A stretch of 64,000 nt of DNA, taken from the NCBI GenBank assembly GCA_965223705.1, contig OZ245015.1, positions 4,416,001 to 4,480,000 on the forward strand. The letters are read 5' to 3'. A model generated the notes under the pieces. The model had not been told where the DNA came from and did no database searches. It saw only the letters and a list, made by a program, of their open reading frames with translations. The translations under genes and the position numbers were made by a program. The DNA comes from Myxococcota bacterium. Lineage in GTDB: Bacteria > Myxococcota_A > UBA9160 > UBA6930. This document shows positions 28,472 through 38,664 of the stretch, in pieces. Positions within the stretch are counted from its first letter, which is position 1; every line of letters starts with the position of its first letter.

Positions 28472-31400
28472 ATGGGGACTTCCGGTGGTTCGCTGCGCGC
28501 GGCGTGCGGGACAGCTGCGGCCTGGGTGCTGCGCGCGGCGTGCGCGACGGTTGCGACCTTGACGCTGCTCGCTGTGGCTCCGGCGCGTGGCGCCGTGCCC
28601 GAAACCGAGTTCTGTGCCGTGGGCGCCGGGGACTCTTTCGCCGCTGCAACCGACGGGTGGGTCGCGACGGTTTCTCGCGCTGGCGTCGTCACGACCCACG
28701 CGGTCAGCGGCCTCATCAATCCCTACGACTGCGCCGTCGACCCGTCGAACGGCGACATCATCTTCGTCGACCAAGGAGCCGGCGGTGGGGGTACGAACGG
28801 CGTCCTCTATCGACTCGACACCGCCACCACGACGCTCACCGCGCTGAGCACGAACCTCGTCAATCCGCGGGGCGTGACCGTGGTGGCCGATGGCACGATC
28901 TACGTGGCCGACGTCGGGGCGACAACGGGAGGCGCCCCGGACGGGGCGGCGTATTCGTTTTCCGGTGGCACGCTGACGCGACTCGACACGGGCGGCGTGA
29001 GGCTTCGAAACCCCGTCGATCTCGACATCGATCCCCACCCTTTCACCGCGGGGACGACCGGCATCCATGTCGTTGTCCTGGACGGCGGCGGGCGGATCGA
29101 CCGGGTACCGATCGGCGGTGGAAACGTGACGACCGTGGCTACAGCGCCCGGCGGCGGCTCCTGGCAGGGACTCGAAGTCGGGCCCTACGGCAAGTACTTC
29201 CTGTCGGATTCCAGCACGGAAGGCATGGTCCGATTCGATCGCGATACGGGGCTGCGCACGACCATCGGCCCGGGTGGTGGCGCCGCCGGTACGGCCCACT
29301 TTGCCATCGACTACGACACCGGCGACCTCTTCTATGCCGATTTCACAACCGACGATCTCGCTCGAATTTCCCCGAGCGCGAACAACGGTGGGCCGGGTGT
29401 CTCGATCTTCGCCGCCGACGCGACGTTCCCGAACAACCCCCTCGGTATGGGCTACGCACCGCGCAGAAGCGACGGTCCGAGCGCCAACTTGGGCGTTCCG
29501 ACCCGTCGCGCGCCGGCCCCGGGAACCCACTTATCGATCACGGGCCCGACCCTGTCGTCGGCGAACGGTTCGGTCGAGCACGAGCTCGACGTTTTCATCG
29601 AAGTGACCGACGCATCGAGTCCCTTGCGAATTCGCATCTTCGACGCGGACAACGGCAACGGCTACGACGCCTCGTCCGCTGGCGGGTTCAACTCTTCCTA
29701 TACGTATGAACTGACCGATCCTTCCGGGGCCGCCCTCAGCACCGTCACGCTTGCGGGAGGTACGCGACCCGACCTCGACCAGCGCATCGCCATCCTGAAC
29801 GCGGGAAACACACTCACCGTCGAAGGGCCCGGCGTGCCGATTACAGACCCGGGCTTGTATCGCCTGCGCATCACCGCCGACGCCAATGACGACTTCAACG
29901 GACTGGGCGTCTGGGTCGAGACGTTTCAGGCGTACACGTTCAACGTTCCGTTCGGCCCTCTTGAAAACTTCGCCTCGGGCGTCGCTCCGTTCCCCACGTC
30001 ACTCGATCCAGCTCGCGTCTACCCCTATTTCGATCGCGGTTGCGAATACACGACCAGCAACTTCGACATGGACCTGCGCGCCAACGCGTCGGTCGACATC
30101 ACCACGAGGCTCGGCGAGAACATAGGCCTCACGCTCTCCGGCTTTACCGTCCACGCCGAAGATACCGTCGACCCGAGCCCGGGAGCGGGTGCGCTCTCAT
30201 CGATCGAAGCGGACTACGGCCTGCATCGTCTCGAGACCACGATCTCGCCGACGGTCTTCGGAGACACGAACATCGCATCGGTCCGCGTCGCCGACTACAA
30301 CGGCTGGGTCGACGGCGGCGGTACGTCCCCTCCGTTGATCGTGCCTCCGGGCAACGCCGCGGCGAACCCGACGCCCGCGCTTCGCCAGAGCCCCGGACCG
30401 GCGTATCCCCAGGCGCCGTTCGCGGTCGGTGACAACACGTTCCTGCGGATGTATTTCCCGCGCTACACGGACGTCGTAGGGACCGTTCCGTGGGCCACCG
30501 CGGCACCGCCGCTCGCGCCCTACATGAGTCACGCGGTGACGCCGATTTCCGGCGATCCACCGACCGTCGGCATCCCTTCGTACTACCTCGTGCAAGTGAC
30601 GGTCGTAAACCCGGACCCGCAGAACGCGACCGGTGCGTTCGTACTGACGGCTCCAGTGCCCGCCCCGGCGCGGTATGTCGACAGCGGGCCGTCCATCGGC
30701 GGTGGTGCAACCGCGACGGGCGGTGCGACGGTGACGACTTGCGGCGCGCCGTGCTCCGGGAATGTCGTCGCGAACTGGGCGTCAGGCATTGCGGCTGGCA
30801 GCGCCGAAGTACTGAGTTACGTCGTCGAGATCACGCCGGGAGCTGTGGGACAGCGGGTCTATCTCACGGGTGGCCCCGAATTCCGCGGCGGTGGCGCCAC
30901 ACCCGCCGCGAACCCCGCATCTCTCGGTGGCGCCGCGCCCGGAACGGTCGCAGCGTTTCGCCCCGCGTGGAGCAGCGCCGCGTTTCCCCGAAGCGAGAGC
31001 CTCGGGCCGCTCTGCGACCTCTCGGTGGTCGAGGGAACCGTCACTCCCGTCGCGGTCGATCTCGCTTCGTTGAGCGCGACGGCCGGCGACGGCGAAGTCC
31101 TTCTCGAATGGGAAACCGCTTCGGAGTTCGAGAATCTGGGCTTTCGAATCCTGCGGCGCCTCGAAGGAGAAGGCGACTACACGCTCGTCACCGATGGGCT
31201 CATCCTCGGCCGTGGAACCACGGACCTGCGGGCGCGCTACGCCTTTCTCGATCGCACGGCCCCGAATGGCGTAGCGGCGACGTACCTACTCGAAGACATC
31301 GAACTCGACGGAGACTCGACGCCTCACGGTCCGGTCACTGCCACTCCGAACGCCGACGCGGAGACGATCGGCTTCATCTCCTCCGACTACGCCGCATCTG

Positions 31401-34400
31401 CCACCCGCACACCGGAGGATGCCGCTGGCACCAACGCGACGTCGGCTGACGGTGCCTCGTCGGCGGGTATTCGCGCGGAGTCATCGGCGGTACCCCGCTT
31501 CGTCATCACGAGCGAAACCCCGAGTGAGATCCGCGCCCGACTCACGTTGCCGGAACCCTCCGTCGAGGAGGTCACGCGGGACGGTGATCTCTACAGTGAA
31601 GTGTCCCTCGATGGGTTCGATGCCACCCTACTTCCCGGAGCGCCCGCGCTCCCGGCTCGAACGTACTGGTTGGAGACCGCGGAAGCGGCGTTTGTCGACC
31701 TGTCCTACGACGGTCTGTCCGGCGAAAGCATGGTCCTTTCGGAACCGCTGCTGCCCACACCCATTACCGCCAACGACGACGGGCGGCTGGCCTACCGATA
31801 CGAAGCGACGCACGCGGCTTACCGGGCGGAAGGCGTGTTCCCGGAAACGCCGGTGTCCATTGTCGGCACGGTGCGGCTCGCGGACGGACGGCAACTCGTC
31901 GGCGTCCGCGTCCAACCGGTGATCGCCGGATTCGAGATGGACGCGGTCACGTGGTATCGCGAAATCGATATCACGCTCGGGCTGCGTGCCGTGCAGGTGG
32001 CGGCGACCGAGTCGCCCACCGACCTTCAAAGCGAGATCGCGAGAACCGACGGCGTCAAGATCGAAGTCGATCGCACCGGTATGATCGCGGTGCTCGGTCG
32101 CGAACTCCTCGCCGCCGGGCTCGATCCGAACGTCGACCCGCGCAGGCTTCACATCGCCACGGGCGGCGCACGGGTTCTCGCGCGGTTCGACGGCGCCTGG
32201 GACGGGCGTCTCGACTCGAGCGATACGCTGTTCCTCTTCGCCGAACCGAGTGAAGACCGCTACTCGAATCGGCAAGTCTTCTACGTCTTCCCGACGGAAG
32301 TGTTCGGATCGCGCACGACCTTCGTCGACGCGTCTCCGCAGGGGCCGGTCTTCGAAGGTGCGTCGGTCGACGCGGTAGTGAGAAACGAATCCCAAGACGT
32401 GTACCTCCCCGGCATCCTCAACGGCGAAGGCGACAACTTTGTCGGTCCGTTCGTTTTCTCGACGGACCGAACCGTAACCCTCGAAGCACCGGCGGCCGCG
32501 GCCGGCGCGTCGCAGCTCCGCGTTCTACTCCGAGGGGGAACGACCTTCCCCGAGATTCAGGACGATCACCACTTCGAGCTTCGGGTCGCGCCCGGCACGC
32601 CGGACGAGGTCCGCCTCGACGCCCGATTCGATGGCACGGACGCCTTTTTCGCAGCGCTCGAACTCGGTGTCAACGCGACCGTCGGAGGCAGCGTACCGGT
32701 CGTGGTGTCCCCGCAATTCGATTCGGGCGCGCCATTCGACTTGATCTACATCGACGCCCTCGAGCTTCACTATCGACGCTCGCTGAATCTCACTCCCGCA
32801 GATGGCGGTCAGTTGCTCTTCACGGCCGAAGAAGACGGATCACATCGGCTCGGGGGTCTCTCCTCGCCGGCAAGGGCCACGGTCTGGGACGTGACGGACG
32901 CACGGGCCGCGGCCGAACTCGATCGGCTCGAGCGCGACGCGACGTCCGTTGTGGCAACACTCGAAGCCGGCCGGCGCTACCTCGTCGTCGACGGGGGTGG
33001 AGCCTTCGCTCCCGCAACGGTCCGAGCGCAGCTCGCCAGCGGCTTTACGCACCCAGAAGAGCGCCACGGGGCCGATTGGCTCGCGATCGGGCATCGGAGC
33101 CTTCTCGGAGAACTGGGGGAGCTCGCGGCTCACCGGGAACGACTCGGCTTGTCGACCCAGATCGTCGATATCGACGATGTCTACGACGAAGCATCACACG
33201 GACGCGAGACGCCGATCGCGATTCGCGACTTCCTCGCGCGGGTCGCCGCGCAGTGGAACCCCGCCCCGCGCTACGTCCTGTTCGTCGGCGAGGCGAACTA
33301 CGACTATCGGAATTTCCTCGGCGGGAGCGCACCGAATCTCGTGCCGACCCTTCTCGTCGATACGACCTTCGTGGAGGCAGCCTCGGACAGCGCCCTGGCC
33401 GACCTTCACGGTGATGACGGTGCGCCGGACATGGCGGTGGGCCGCCTCCCCGTCCGCGATGCCAGCGAGCTCCGCGCCGTGATCGAGAAGCTCATCGCTT
33501 ACGAGAATCTACCGCCGGGTGAGGCGCCGTGGACGCGGCAGATGCTTCTCGTCGCAGATGACGGTGTCGGCGCCGAAGCGCCCGACGAAGCGGCCGACTT
33601 CGAGGCGATTCTCGACACGGTTGATGCCGCAGCGCCTTCCGCCCTACAGAACGAGCGCGTGGCGTTGCGCGACATTGCGGATGAGAACGAAGGCGCCGAA
33701 GCGAACGCGGCGATCCGCGAAGCGCTCTTGCGGGGACAGGTCATGACGACGTACGTCGGACACGGCGGTGCTCGTTTCTGGTCCGATGAACGGATCTTCG
33801 GGGCGGACGATTGGGAGACCTTAGAGAACAGGGTCTGGCCGATCTTTCTCGTCCTCAATTGTCTCAACGCCTTCTTCGATGCACCGAACGAAGAGGCGTT
33901 TGCGGAGGATGCCGTCGCGGCCGAACAACGAGGCGCGGTCGCCGTCGTCTCTTCCACCACGGTTTCCTCGATTCGGGGGCAATCCGCCTTCGCGCGGCAA
34001 TTCAGCGAGCGACTCCTCGGGCGGAACGTGCACCGCGTGGGAGACGCACTGCAACAAGCGCTTCAATCGATGTCCGGCGAGCCCGGCGCCTTTGACGTGT
34101 TGGCGACGTTCGTCCTGATCGGTGACCCGGCGACGCGCATCGCGCTGCCGAACGTGCCGATCGCCCACGCCGGAGAAGACGTTCGCGTTCGGCCCGCCCT
34201 GCCCGTCGCCCTGGACGGCAGTCGCAGTGAAGTCGGCGGCGACGGTCCCGCAAGCTACCGCTGGCGGATCGTTGCCGGCGGCGGGGACGGTCGGCTTTTC
34301 GAAACGGGCGACCCCGCCCGGCCCTGGTTCCGCTCGTCGACCTCGGGCAGCTACACCGTCGAGCTGGTCGTCACCCAGGACGGCGTCGAGAGTGCTCCAG

Positions 34401-34558
34401 CGACCGTTCGGGTTCACGTCGACGGCCCGAGCGGCTTCGCGTGTGCACCGGGCGGCGGCGCGGCGCAGAGCCAATCGACGGCCGCGCTCGATTGGTTGTA
34501 CTTCGCCCTGCCCGTGCTGATCTCGCGTCGCTTTGTGCGGCGGCTACGTCGGAGCTAG
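28472..34558 (+). CDS. Giant multidomain C25 (gingipain-family) cysteine peptidase-like surface protein
   Basis: Signal peptide; NHL-like propeller; Ig domain (LEWETASEFENLGFRI); C25 propeptide-like region; C25 core (RYVLFVGE, DMAVGRLP, YVGHGG, VLNCLN, LIGDP); PKD-like domain; C-terminal TM plus Arg tail. Start uncertain (28472 ATG or 28526 GTG). Confidence 0.85.
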   Translation: MGTSGGSLRAACGTAAAWVLRAACATVATLTLLAVAPARGAVPETEFCAVGAGDSFAAATDGWVATVSRAGVVTTHAVSGLINPYDCAVDPSNGDIIFVDQGAGGGGTNGVLYRLDTATTTLTALSTNLVNPRGVTVVADGTIYVADVGATTGGAPDGAAYSFSGGTLTRLDTGGVRLRNPVDLDIDPHPFTAGTTGIHVVVLDGGGRIDRVPIGGGNVTTVATAPGGGSWQGLEVGPYGKYFLSDSSTEGMVRFDRDTGLRTTIGPGGGAAGTAHFAIDYDTGDLFYADFTTDDLARISPSANNGGPGVSIFAADATFPNNPLGMGYAPRRSDGPSANLGVPTRRAPAPGTHLSITGPTLSSANGSVEHELDVFIEVTDASSPLRIRIFDADNGNGYDASSAGGFNSSYTYELTDPSGAALSTVTLAGGTRPDLDQRIAILNAGNTLTVEGPGVPITDPGLYRLRITADANDDFNGLGVWVETFQAYTFNVPFGPLENFASGVAPFPTSLDPARVYPYFDRGCEYTTSNFDMDLRANASVDITTRLGENIGLTLSGFTVHAEDTVDPSPGAGALSSIEADYGLHRLETTISPTVFGDTNIASVRVADYNGWVDGGGTSPPLIVPPGNAAANPTPALRQSPGPAYPQAPFAVGDNTFLRMYFPRYTDVVGTVPWATAAPPLAPYMSHAVTPISGDPPTVGIPSYYLVQVTVVNPDPQNATGAFVLTAPVPAPARYVDSGPSIGGGATATGGATVTTCGAPCSGNVVANWASGIAAGSAEVLSYVVEITPGAVGQRVYLTGGPEFRGGGATPAANPASLGGAAPGTVAAFRPAWSSAAFPRSESLGPLCDLSVVEGTVTPVAVDLASLSATAGDGEVLLEWETASEFENLGFRILRRLEGEGDYTLVTDGLILGRGTTDLRARYAFLDRTAPNGVAATYLLEDIELDGDSTPHGPVTATPNADAETIGFISSDYAASATRTPEDAAGTNATSADGASSAGIRAESSAVPRFVITSETPSEIRARLTLPEPSVEEVTRDGDLYSEVSLDGFDATLLPGAPALPARTYWLETAEAAFVDLSYDGLSGESMVLSEPLLPTPITANDDGRLAYRYEATHAAYRAEGVFPETPVSIVGTVRLADGRQLVGVRVQPVIAGFEMDAVTWYREIDITLGLRAVQVAATESPTDLQSEIARTDGVKIEVDRTGMIAVLGRELLAAGLDPNVDPRRLHIATGGARVLARFDGAWDGRLDSSDTLFLFAEPSEDRYSNRQVFYVFPTEVFGSRTTFVDASPQGPVFEGASVDAVVRNESQDVYLPGILNGEGDNFVGPFVFSTDRTVTLEAPAAAAGASQLRVLLRGGTTFPEIQDDHHFELRVAPGTPDEVRLDARFDGTDAFFAALELGVNATVGGSVPVVVSPQFDSGAPFDLIYIDALELHYRRSLNLTPADGGQLLFTAEEDGSHRLGGLSSPARATVWDVTDARAAAELDRLERDATSVVATLEAGRRYLVVDGGGAFAPATVRAQLASGFTHPEERHGADWLAIGHRSLLGELGELAAHRERLGLSTQIVDIDDVYDEASHGRETPIAIRDFLARVAAQWNPAPRYVLFVGEANYDYRNFLGGSAPNLVPTLLVDTTFVEAASDSALADLHGDDGAPDMAVGRLPVRDASELRAVIEKLIAYENLPPGEAPWTRQMLLVADDGVGAEAPDEAADFEAILDTVDAAAPSALQNERVALRDIADENEGAEANAAIREALLRGQVMTTYVGHGGARFWSDERIFGADDWETLENRVWPIFLVLNCLNAFFDAPNEEAFAEDAVAAEQRGAVAVVSSTTVSSIRGQSAFARQFSERLLGRNVHRVGDALQQALQSMSGEPGAFDVLATFVLIGDPATRIALPNVPIAHAGEDVRVRPALPVALDGSRSEVGGDGPASYRWRIVAGGGDGRLFETGDPARPWFRSSTSGSYTVELVVTQDGVESAPATVRVHVDGPSGFACAPGGGAAQSQSTAALDWLYFALPVLISRRFVRRLRRS

Positions 34559-35736
34559 CCCACGATCCCCTGATCGCGCAGGCGTTCGATTTCGCGTTTT
34601 CCGTGCCCGGCGAGGGCGAGAACTTCGTCGGTGTGCTCACCGAGACCGGGCGCGGGCAAGCGCACCGCGCTCGGTGTCTCTTCGAAGCGAGCGGCCGGCC
34701 GCGGTTCGCGCATCGCCCCGGCGACGGGATGAATCGAGGTGTGCAACAGGTCGTTGGTCTCGACCTGCGGGTGGGCGATCACTTCCTCGAGAGTCAGAAT
34801 CGGTGCGCAGGGCACGTCTTCGTGACGGAGCTTCGCGAGCCACGCTTCGGTCTCTCGCGTTCGCAGGGAATCCGCAATCACTTTGATCAGGGCGTCGCTG
34901 TGGGCGACTCGATCTTGCACGGTCTTGAAGCGCGCGTCGGAAGCGAGCTCGGGCCGATCGAGAGCGCGCACCATACCCTCCCACTCTTTGTCTTGGAGTG
35001 CCGCCGCCGTCATGTATCCGTCGCGCGTTTCGAAGACCAAATTGAAGCCACCGGGCAACGCGTTGATGACGTCGTCGCCGAGCAGGGTGTGATTCCACAT
35101 GCCGTCGGGCCATAGCCACGCGATCATGGCGTCGAGCATCGCGAGTTTGACATGCTGCCCACAGCCGGTGCGCTCGCGCGCAAAGAGCGCCGCACAGATC
35201 GCCTGGGCCGCCGTCATCGCCGTGAGTTTGTCCGGGAGGAGTGTTTGCGCCATGCGCGGCTCGCCGCTCTTCGCGTCGGCCTGAACGGCGGCCATACCGG
35301 AAAGCGCCTGAATCACCGGATCGTAGACCCGCTGCTCCGCATAGGGGCCGTGCTCACCGAAACCGTTGATCGATACGTAGATCAAGTCCGGGGCAACCGC
35401 GCGCAGCGCTGATTCGCCGATGCCCATGCGTTCGGCTGCACCGGGGCGGAAGTTCTGCACGAAGACATCCGCGCCGGCGACAATCTCCTTCAGCAACTGC
35501 ACACCGCGCTTCTCGCGGAGATTGATCACGACGCCGCGCTTGTTGCGGTTCGTCGTCGCGAACAATGCCGACATCCCGCCCCGCATCGCGCCGAAATAGC
35601 GCACGACATCGCCGGCACCGGGCGGTTCGACCTTGATCACGTCGGCACCCTGATCGCCGAGCATCATCGTCGCGAACGGACCCGAGATCATTTGCGTGGC
35701 GTCGACGACACGAATTCCCGCAAGCGGTCCAGTCAT
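34555..35736 (-). CDS. Family III CoA-transferase (CaiB/BaiF)
   Basis: GPLAGIRVVD, GADVIKVEPP, NRNKRG, QNFRPG, YDPVIQA, PGLGEHT. Confidence 0.93.
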   Translation of the reverse strand: MTGPLAGIRVVDATQMISGPFATMMLGDQGADVIKVEPPGAGDVVRYFGAMRGGMSALFATTNRNKRGVVINLREKRGVQLLKEIVAGADVFVQNFRPGAAERMGIGESALRAVAPDLIYVSINGFGEHGPYAEQRVYDPVIQALSGMAAVQADAKSGEPRMAQTLLPDKLTAMTAAQAICAALFARERTGCGQHVKLAMLDAMIAWLWPDGMWNHTLLGDDVINALPGGFNLVFETRDGYMTAAALQDKEWEGMVRALDRPELASDARFKTVQDRVAHSDALIKVIADSLRTRETEAWLAKLRHEDVPCAPILTLEEVIAHPQVETNDLLHTSIHPVAGAMREPRPAARFEETPSAVRLPAPGLGEHTDEVLALAGHGKREIERLRDQGIVG

Positions 35737-35789
35737 GCCTCTCCCCTCGCAGGCATCATACCGCGGAGGGCGCCTTTCGCTCGAACGAA

Positions 35790-37097
35790 TCAGCGTAGCG
35801 GTGCGAGGGAGAGTGCCGGAAACATCGCGAGCGCCGCGAGGATCACGAGCATCACAAGGGCGAAGGGTGCCGCACCGACGAAAACGTCCGACAACGAGAT
35901 CCGATCGTCGTCGAGGCTTCCGTGAATGACGTACACGGAGAGGCCCAGCGGAGGGGTGAGAAGCCCGATCTCGATGGCGACGACCGTGACGATCCCGAAC
36001 CAAACCAGATCGACACCGAACCCCGCCATCACCGGCAACGCCAACGGAACGGTGACCAAGAGAATCGACGTCGAGTCGAGAACCGTCCCAAGTGTGACGA
36101 GGACCACCAAATACGCGATGAGGAGCGCTGGAAAACCCCAGTCGGTCCCTCCGACCGCCCCGAGGAGTGCCTGCGGTAGACCGGAAAGCGTGAGCATCCG
36201 CGAGTAGAGACTGGCCGCGATGAGGAGGAACGACACCGATACCGTGACGTGACCCGTCTCGACGAGCACGCGCCACAAGCCCTCCCACGACAGCCTGCGC
36301 TTCGCGAGCGCGAGAATGAGCGCCCCGAGGGCGCCCACGGCCCCGGCCTCGGTGGGTGTCACAAAGCCGCCGTAGATTCCGCCGAGCACGAGCGCCACCA
36401 GGATCCCGATCGGAATCAGTACGCGGAACGAGCCACTCTCGGCGGCGTGCGTCTCCACTTCGGCCAGGCGGCTCATGACGAAGTCGGGGCGAAAGCGGGC
36501 CAGCCCCAGGATGAGGAGTCCGAAAGCGACAGCCAGCAGGATTCCGGGGATCACACCGGCGATGAACAGTGCGCCGATCGATTGCTCGGAGAGAAGTCCG
36601 TACACGATCAGCAAGAGGCTCGGCGGAATGAGCATGCCGAGAACGGACGACCCGGCTACGACACCGACGGAAAACCGCGGTGAGTACCCGAAGCGCAGCA
36701 TTTCCGGGACGGCGACTTTCGTAAATACCGCGGCCGATGCGATGGAAATACCGGTGATCGCGGCGAACAGCGCGTTCGCCGCAACGGTGGCCACGCCGAG
36801 CCCACCGCGAAGTCTTCGAAAGAAACGGTGGGCAAGCGCGAAAGCATCGCGTCCGATATCGGCCTCGCTGACGAGGAGGCCCATCAGAACGAACAATGGG
36901 ATCACGCCGAATACGTGGCTCGCGATCGCGTCGTACGTCGCCAGAGCGAGCATCTTGTTCGCGATCGCGAACTGTCCTTTGATCGCCCAGACCCCGAGAA
37001 ACGAAAGGAGTGCGAGTACTACGCCGACATGAAAGCCGAGCCAGATGAAGAGCAGCATCAGCACGAGCGTGAGGAGGCCGACTTCGACGGGACTCAC
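35790..37097 (-). CDS. dctM: TRAP transporter large permease
   Basis: IPLFVLMG, LGMLIPPS, TPTEAGAVG, EIGLLTPPLG. Confidence 0.93.
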   Translation of the reverse strand: MSPVEVGLLTLVLMLLFIWLGFHVGVVLALLSFLGVWAIKGQFAIANKMLALATYDAIASHVFGVIPLFVLMGLLVSEADIGRDAFALAHRFFRRLRGGLGVATVAANALFAAITGISIASAAVFTKVAVPEMLRFGYSPRFSVGVVAGSSVLGMLIPPSLLLIVYGLLSEQSIGALFIAGVIPGILLAVAFGLLILGLARFRPDFVMSRLAEVETHAAESGSFRVLIPIGILVALVLGGIYGGFVTPTEAGAVGALGALILALAKRRLSWEGLWRVLVETGHVTVSVSFLLIAASLYSRMLTLSGLPQALLGAVGGTDWGFPALLIAYLVVLVTLGTVLDSTSILLVTVPLALPVMAGFGVDLVWFGIVTVVAIEIGLLTPPLGLSVYVIHGSLDDDRISLSDVFVGAAPFALVMLVILAALAMFPALSLAPLR

Positions 37098-37600
37098 GAG
37101 CGTCCTCTTTTGTGCGGGCTTCTCCCGTTGCCGAAGAGGAAGAGCAGGAACGCCGCGCAGGCGGCGACGCTACCGAGCACGATCAGTGCCCGGACCGGCC
37201 AGGTGGGCAACGTAAAGTCGCCGAGCGCCCCGACGTACTCGCGCACGCGGATCGCCTTCGCGACGTAGGGAACGCTCGCGGTGGCGAGCAGACCGAAGAG
37301 CACGACGCCCGCTAGGGAAGCAGCCAGCTCGAGGCCACGGTGAAGACCCGGGCGCGTTGCCGCGAAGCGTCGGAGTAGCGCGTCGTTCCGCGTGACGCGC
37401 CCGACCGACAGCGTGTGCGCGAGCTGCAAGAAAACGATCGCGACGATCGAGAGCGACACCATTTCCGGGACACCGCGTACCGGCGTCCCAAAAAGTTCGC
37501 GCCCGATGACGTCGGCGTTGATCAGCAGCATGAGGACGAAGATCCAAAGCGTGCCTACGGCGTTCATCGCGCTGAACACTTTTGCCAAGGCCGCCCTCAC
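37094..37600 (-). CDS. dctQ: TRAP transporter small permease
   Basis: 4 TM helices, ADVIGR..FGTPVRGVPE; GTG overlapping the dctP stop. Confidence 0.88.
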   Translation of the reverse strand: MRAALAKVFSAMNAVGTLWIFVLMLLINADVIGRELFGTPVRGVPEMVSLSIVAIVFLQLAHTLSVGRVTRNDALLRRFAATRPGLHRGLELAASLAGVVLFGLLATASVPYVAKAIRVREYVGALGDFTLPTWPVRALIVLGSVAACAAFLLFLFGNGRSPHKRGRS

Positions 37601-38664
37601 GGCTTTGACCAGTCGCGCGGCATGACCACGCCGAGTTCGTCGAGGTGGCGGATGAACGCGCTCACCACGAGACCGGCCGGCAGGCCGCGCGCCTCGTGAA
37701 TCTCGGTCCAGGTCTGGGCGGTGTTGGGGATCGCGTTCGCCCAACGCGAGCGTTCTTCGGAGGGCAGTGTTCCGAACTGAAGCCCTTCCGAATGCATGAT
37801 GGCCAAGGCCTCCTCGCGGTACCGATCGGTCGCCTCCGCCAGTCGCTTCGTGAACGCCTCGCCTTCCTCGATGAAGACCTCTTGAACCGACGGCGGCAGG
37901 TTTCGCCACACATCGAGATTGATCACGAAACCTCCGGCGAAGTGCGCACCCAGATCGACGCGCGTCATGTAGGGAACGACTTCGTGCAGCTTCGCTCCGT
38001 AGCAGCCACTCGCAATCGTGAGCGCTCCGTCGGCGACCCCTGTCGCGAGATCGTTGTAGTAGGTGGCGAGCGTCCCCGCGACGGCGATCGCACCCGTGCC
38101 GCGAATCCAGTTCGCCGCAGGTCCGGGCGCGAGGATTTTCTTCCCGACGATGTCGTCTAGGCTCGAGACGGGAAAATTCGTGTAAAGGTCGTAGTTGTCG
38201 ACGGCGGCGCCGGCGAGCAGCTTCAGGTTGTTGTCCGCCCAGGTTTGATTCAAAGCGGGGATAGCGTCGTGCATCGCCATGACCACGTCGGTCACGACGC
38301 CGGCGTCGGGTGAACCGAACGGCACCAAGTACGTCACGTTCTGGAGCGGCAGCTTCGGTGCCTCAAAGACCGAGGCGACGAAGCCCATATCGACGAGCCC
38401 TTCTTCCATCGCCTCGAGGACGCCTCCGAGCTTCGCCAAGCTGCCGCCATAGGCCTCGGTCCACTCGATGCGGTACGGACTTCCACTTTCTTTCAGACGC
38501 CGGTCGATCGCGGGAATGAAATCGTCGGAGAGATACTCGACCCAGAGAATGGCTTTCGTGTGCCCCGCCGCCACGACGATGGGCAGCGTACCCGGCTCTC
38601 GCGCGACACAGCCAGCGCCCATCGCGAGCGCCAGCAATCCTGCGAGGGCGCGTCCGAACTTCAG
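37597..38664 (-). CDS. dctP: TRAP substrate-binding lipoprotein (DctP family)
   Basis: EAYGGSLAK, GLVDMG, YNDLATGVADG; lipobox GAGC; probable CTG start at 38664 (ORF track gives TTG 38637). Confidence 0.85.
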   Translation of the reverse strand: MKFGRALAGLLALAMGAGCVAREPGTLPIVVAAGHTKAILWVEYLSDDFIPAIDRRLKESGSPYRIEWTEAYGGSLAKLGGVLEAMEEGLVDMGFVASVFEAPKLPLQNVTYLVPFGSPDAGVVTDVVMAMHDAIPALNQTWADNNLKLLAGAAVDNYDLYTNFPVSSLDDIVGKKILAPGPAANWIRGTGAIAVAGTLATYYNDLATGVADGALTIASGCYGAKLHEVVPYMTRVDLGAHFAGGFVINLDVWRNLPPSVQEVFIEEGEAFTKRLAEATDRYREEALAIMHSEGLQFGTLPSEERSRWANAIPNTAQTWTEIHEARGLPAGLVVSAFIRHLDELGVVMPRDWSKP

